A program made the translations under genes and the position numbers. DNA of 57,172 nucleotides, counting the filler, from Sanchytrium tribonematis (Eukaryota): NCBI GenBank assembly GCA_018985235.1. It is 4 parts of 4 records of this genome, joined end to end, with 100 filler letters (N's around TTAATTAATTAA, not from the genome) between each part and the next. Parts side by side here need not be neighbours in the genome. Positions count along the whole stretch, not along the records: positions 43,035 to 57,172 come from JADGIG010000174.1; 3 more parts are not named here. One strand, written 5' to 3'. The notes under the pieces are model-generated. The model was not told the origin of the DNA and did no database searches. It saw only the letters and a list, made by a program, of their open reading frames with translations. Of the stretch, positions 54,889 to 57,172 are shown piece after piece; positions within the stretch are counted from its first letter, which is position 1; the number at the start of each line of letters is the position of its first letter.

Positions 54889-55479
54889 ATGAAGTATTCG
54901 TTAGATATAATTATGAAAATTAAACGTAGTCCATTAATTCCCGTAATGCCAGACGAGGTAGCAGCCGTAAATGCCAAGGCTCGAAAAAAGAAAACTGGTA
55001 GGAGTCGCTCAACTTCTCCTCAGCCTCAAGAGTTTGCGATCAATGGCGAGTTTTACATTGATTCGTCTGTTTTGTACGATCAGCATGCCAGTACACCTAT
55101 TGCTTTCTTACAGAATGGCGGAAATTGGTGGGAACAAGCTCAATTTCAAGATCAGGCCAAGCAACAATACTTGGGGCTACAACATTTTGGGTACGAAGGG
55201 CAGCCGGCTAATGGACTTTTGACAAAAGAAGCCACTGAAATGGCCCCTGTTGAAGTTCCGAATGTTTATCCACCAGGATTTGAACCAGAAATTGAGGAAA
55301 AGTCTCAATTTTTGCACTCTATGATGAGAAGACGCTCTCAAACTTTACAAGCATTGGCAGATTGCAATGGAGATCTTTCTTCACTGCAAGATAAAGTGGG
55401 GAAAATGACAGTGGATGAGTCTGATCAAATGTACGATAAGTTGGTTCGCGAGGCAAATATGGTCACCGCAAACAAATAA
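54889..55479 (+). CDS. Hypothetical protein with N-terminal eIF4E-binding-like motif
   Basis: MKYSLDIIMKIKRSPL resembles YxxxxL-phi followed by SPL. Confidence 0.5.
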   Translation: MKYSLDIIMKIKRSPLIPVMPDEVAAVNAKARKKKTGRSRSTSPQPQEFAINGEFYIDSSVLYDQHASTPIAFLQNGGNWWEQAQFQDQAKQQYLGLQHFGYEGQPANGLLTKEATEMAPVEVPNVYPPGFEPEIEEKSQFLHSMMRRRSQTLQALADCNGDLSSLQDKVGKMTVDESDQMYDKLVREANMVTANK

Positions 55480-55498
55480 AACTTTTTTTGAAACTTTC

Positions 55499-57172
55499 AT
55501 GAGAAAGAACTTCTCAATTGAAGCGAAATTCACCAACATTCTTGTTTTTGGTGAATCTATTGTGGCATTTGGAAAAGAAAATAAAATCTTGCTTGTTGAT
55601 GGGTCAAAAAATATGCAACCAATTGATCTAGGGGATGAGAATGCAATTTTAGTAGATGGTCGCGAAAATCAATTGGGTATTATAACTGCATCTTCAAAGG
55701 TGCTGATTTTCGAATCTGGTAAAATTGATGTTAGAGCATCCACAATTCCATCACCCTCTTATGTAAAGTGGAATCTCGATGGTTCAATTTTGAGCATTGG
55801 TTCCCATAAGGGCGTGCTTTATACTCTGAGCGGAAATGATTTGCTGGAGTTCAAATCGGAAATGAATAAGAGTATAATATTTATTTCCTGGCTCTCGTCA
55901 AAAATCGTACTATTTATCTCCAAAGACAAGAAAATCAATTTATGTGAGCTGGTCCAAACACATAGACTCAAGCTGCTTGAGTCATATAATCTACAGCTAG
56001 AGCCAGTATACTGTAAGGTGAAGATAGTTGAAAACAAAGTCAAGATTATCATAGGGTCGTTTAACGCAATTGAGGTTGTGAGCCTCGGAAATAATTTGAA
56101 GATGGAAAAAGCAATATTAGAATTTCCTGAGTCTTATGGCACCGTTTGCGATGTGGAATTTGGAGAAAAGTCAATTTTTGCAATATTTTCAAAACCAGTA
56201 GTATTGCAAATATCAGTCGCAGATGCGGACTTTGGTGCTAAAATTTCTAGCTCAAAGCTGCCTCAGGATACTTACACCAAATGCTACTTTGACAAACATT
56301 TATATATTGTGGGCCTGAAGCAAGTAATAGAATTTGAAGCCTTTTTAAAGAGTTCTAAAGTAATAACTACAACTCAGTACAGAATTTTGGATTCTTCATA
56401 TGGAACTAGTCTTGCAATTGGCACAGAAAATTCATCAATAGAGATTTTTACCTCGATTAATCATTTGAATTTCAGTTCTTTCGGTCCGCATTATGTCTTA
56501 CTTAAAAAAAATGAGGTCAATTTATGTCGCATTGTTTACCAATTTAATCCAAATTTAGAAAAAAGATTTTCGTTTAAAAATACTGCAACTTTCGAAATCA
56601 ATGGCAAGTCCAATCTTACATCGAAAATCAGCAAGTCCAAAATATGTTTACGGGAGAAAGATTTACTTCGATTTTTTGATTACAAATTAAGATTTATCCA
56701 TGAACAGAAGTTCGAGGGCTTAGGTTTAGATTTTGAGATAAACGATTCTAGTATTGTTTCTTTAGATTCTAATTGCTTATGTATTTGCACAATTAAGGGG
56801 ATTTTGATCGATAAAATTGAGAATGTCTTCACATACTGGTTGAATAATGAATTTTTGGTATATTCCACTTGCGAGAATGTTCTAATTGTAACCCTTGATG
56901 ACATGAAAGTGAGATTTATTATATCCATTCAAAATGTCAAAAAAATACGCTCTCCCAATACTTATTGCGACGTTTTATTTCTCAAATCTGATCATAAATG
57001 GTTTCTTTGTCGGCCTTTGAAAGGAAGTCTTCTACATCTTGAATATCTGAAAGGAGACTTAATATTTCTGGAAAACTCTGGCCATTTGCATGAATATGTG
57101 GCCTTTGACCAAGAAAGTCTTTCAGCTACTTTATTTAATAACAAATCCTTCAGACAATTTAACACTAGGAGT
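55499..57172 (+). CDS. WD40 protein, divergent IFT144/WDR19-like; 3' end outside window
   Basis: Not in ORF track (no stop in window). MRKNFSI, SYVKWNLDGSILSIGSHKG, NKSIIFISW..SKDKKINL, LEFPESYGTV, DFGAKI are colinear with remembered WDR19 motifs. Confidence 0.65.
   Translation, partial: MRKNFSIEAKFTNILVFGESIVAFGKENKILLVDGSKNMQPIDLGDENAILVDGRENQLGIITASSKVLIFESGKIDVRASTIPSPSYVKWNLDGSILSIGSHKGVLYTLSGNDLLEFKSEMNKSIIFISWLSSKIVLFISKDKKINLCELVQTHRLKLLESYNLQLEPVYCKVKIVENKVKIIIGSFNAIEVVSLGNNLKMEKAILEFPESYGTVCDVEFGEKSIFAIFSKPVVLQISVADADFGAKISSSKLPQDTYTKCYFDKHLYIVGLKQVIEFEAFLKSSKVITTTQYRILDSSYGTSLAIGTENSSIEIFTSINHLNFSSFGPHYVLLKKNEVNLCRIVYQFNPNLEKRFSFKNTATFEINGKSNLTSKISKSKICLREKDLLRFFDYKLRFIHEQKFEGLGLDFEINDSSIVSLDSNCLCICTIKGILIDKIENVFTYWLNNEFLVYSTCENVLIVTLDDMKVRFIISIQNVKKIRSPNTYCDVLFLKSDHKWFLCRPLKGSLLHLEYLKGDLIFLENSGHLHEYVAFDQESLSATLFNNKSFRQFNTRS

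Noticed and set aside
67..56928. Many short antisense or alternate-frame ORFs in the track (e.g. 658-888, 14937-15413, 51360-51776, 55819-56052)
   Set aside because: Shadows of well-supported genes; mostly TTG/GTG starts and no motifs.
1..57172. Alternative genetic code (TAA/TAG read as Gln) to explain split ORFs
   Set aside because: TAA and TAG end conserved C-termini (Rpt5, aldolase, H2B), and the splits are frame changes repaired by GT-AG introns.

Overview
AT-rich, extremely compact EUKARYOTIC nuclear DNA, not prokaryotic or viral. It is four contigs (1-14331, 14432-28650, 28751-42934, 43035-57172) joined by artificial 44N-TTAATTAATTAA-44N linkers, so there is no real synteny across the joins. 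Gene content (fungal-type histone H2B, Sec24, Sec63, Rpt5, Las1, eIF2A, Thp3, Lon, OAC1, class I aldolase, fused AASS, L-LDH, 7TM-RGS, divergent IFT144) suggests an early-diverging, probably zoosporic or parasitic fungus or close relative (inference). Standard genetic code. Main observations: (1) a non-LTR retrotransposon ORF in which a ubiquitin-like domain ending in RQLGG lies about 20 residues before the APE endonuclease-RT, a candidate protease-processed polyprotein; (2) 14 spliceosomal introns of only 19 nt (one of 20 nt), 13 with an A six bases from the 3' end, including different intron positions in two tandem paralogs; (3) two nearly exclusive start-proximal motifs (TGAAAC and RGCCA); (4) intergenic gaps of 0-30 nt, some with a palindromic AATAAATTTATT; (5) very short signal peptides and a signal-peptide-bearing protein kinase. 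All protein calls are by-eye motif recognition; no searches were run.
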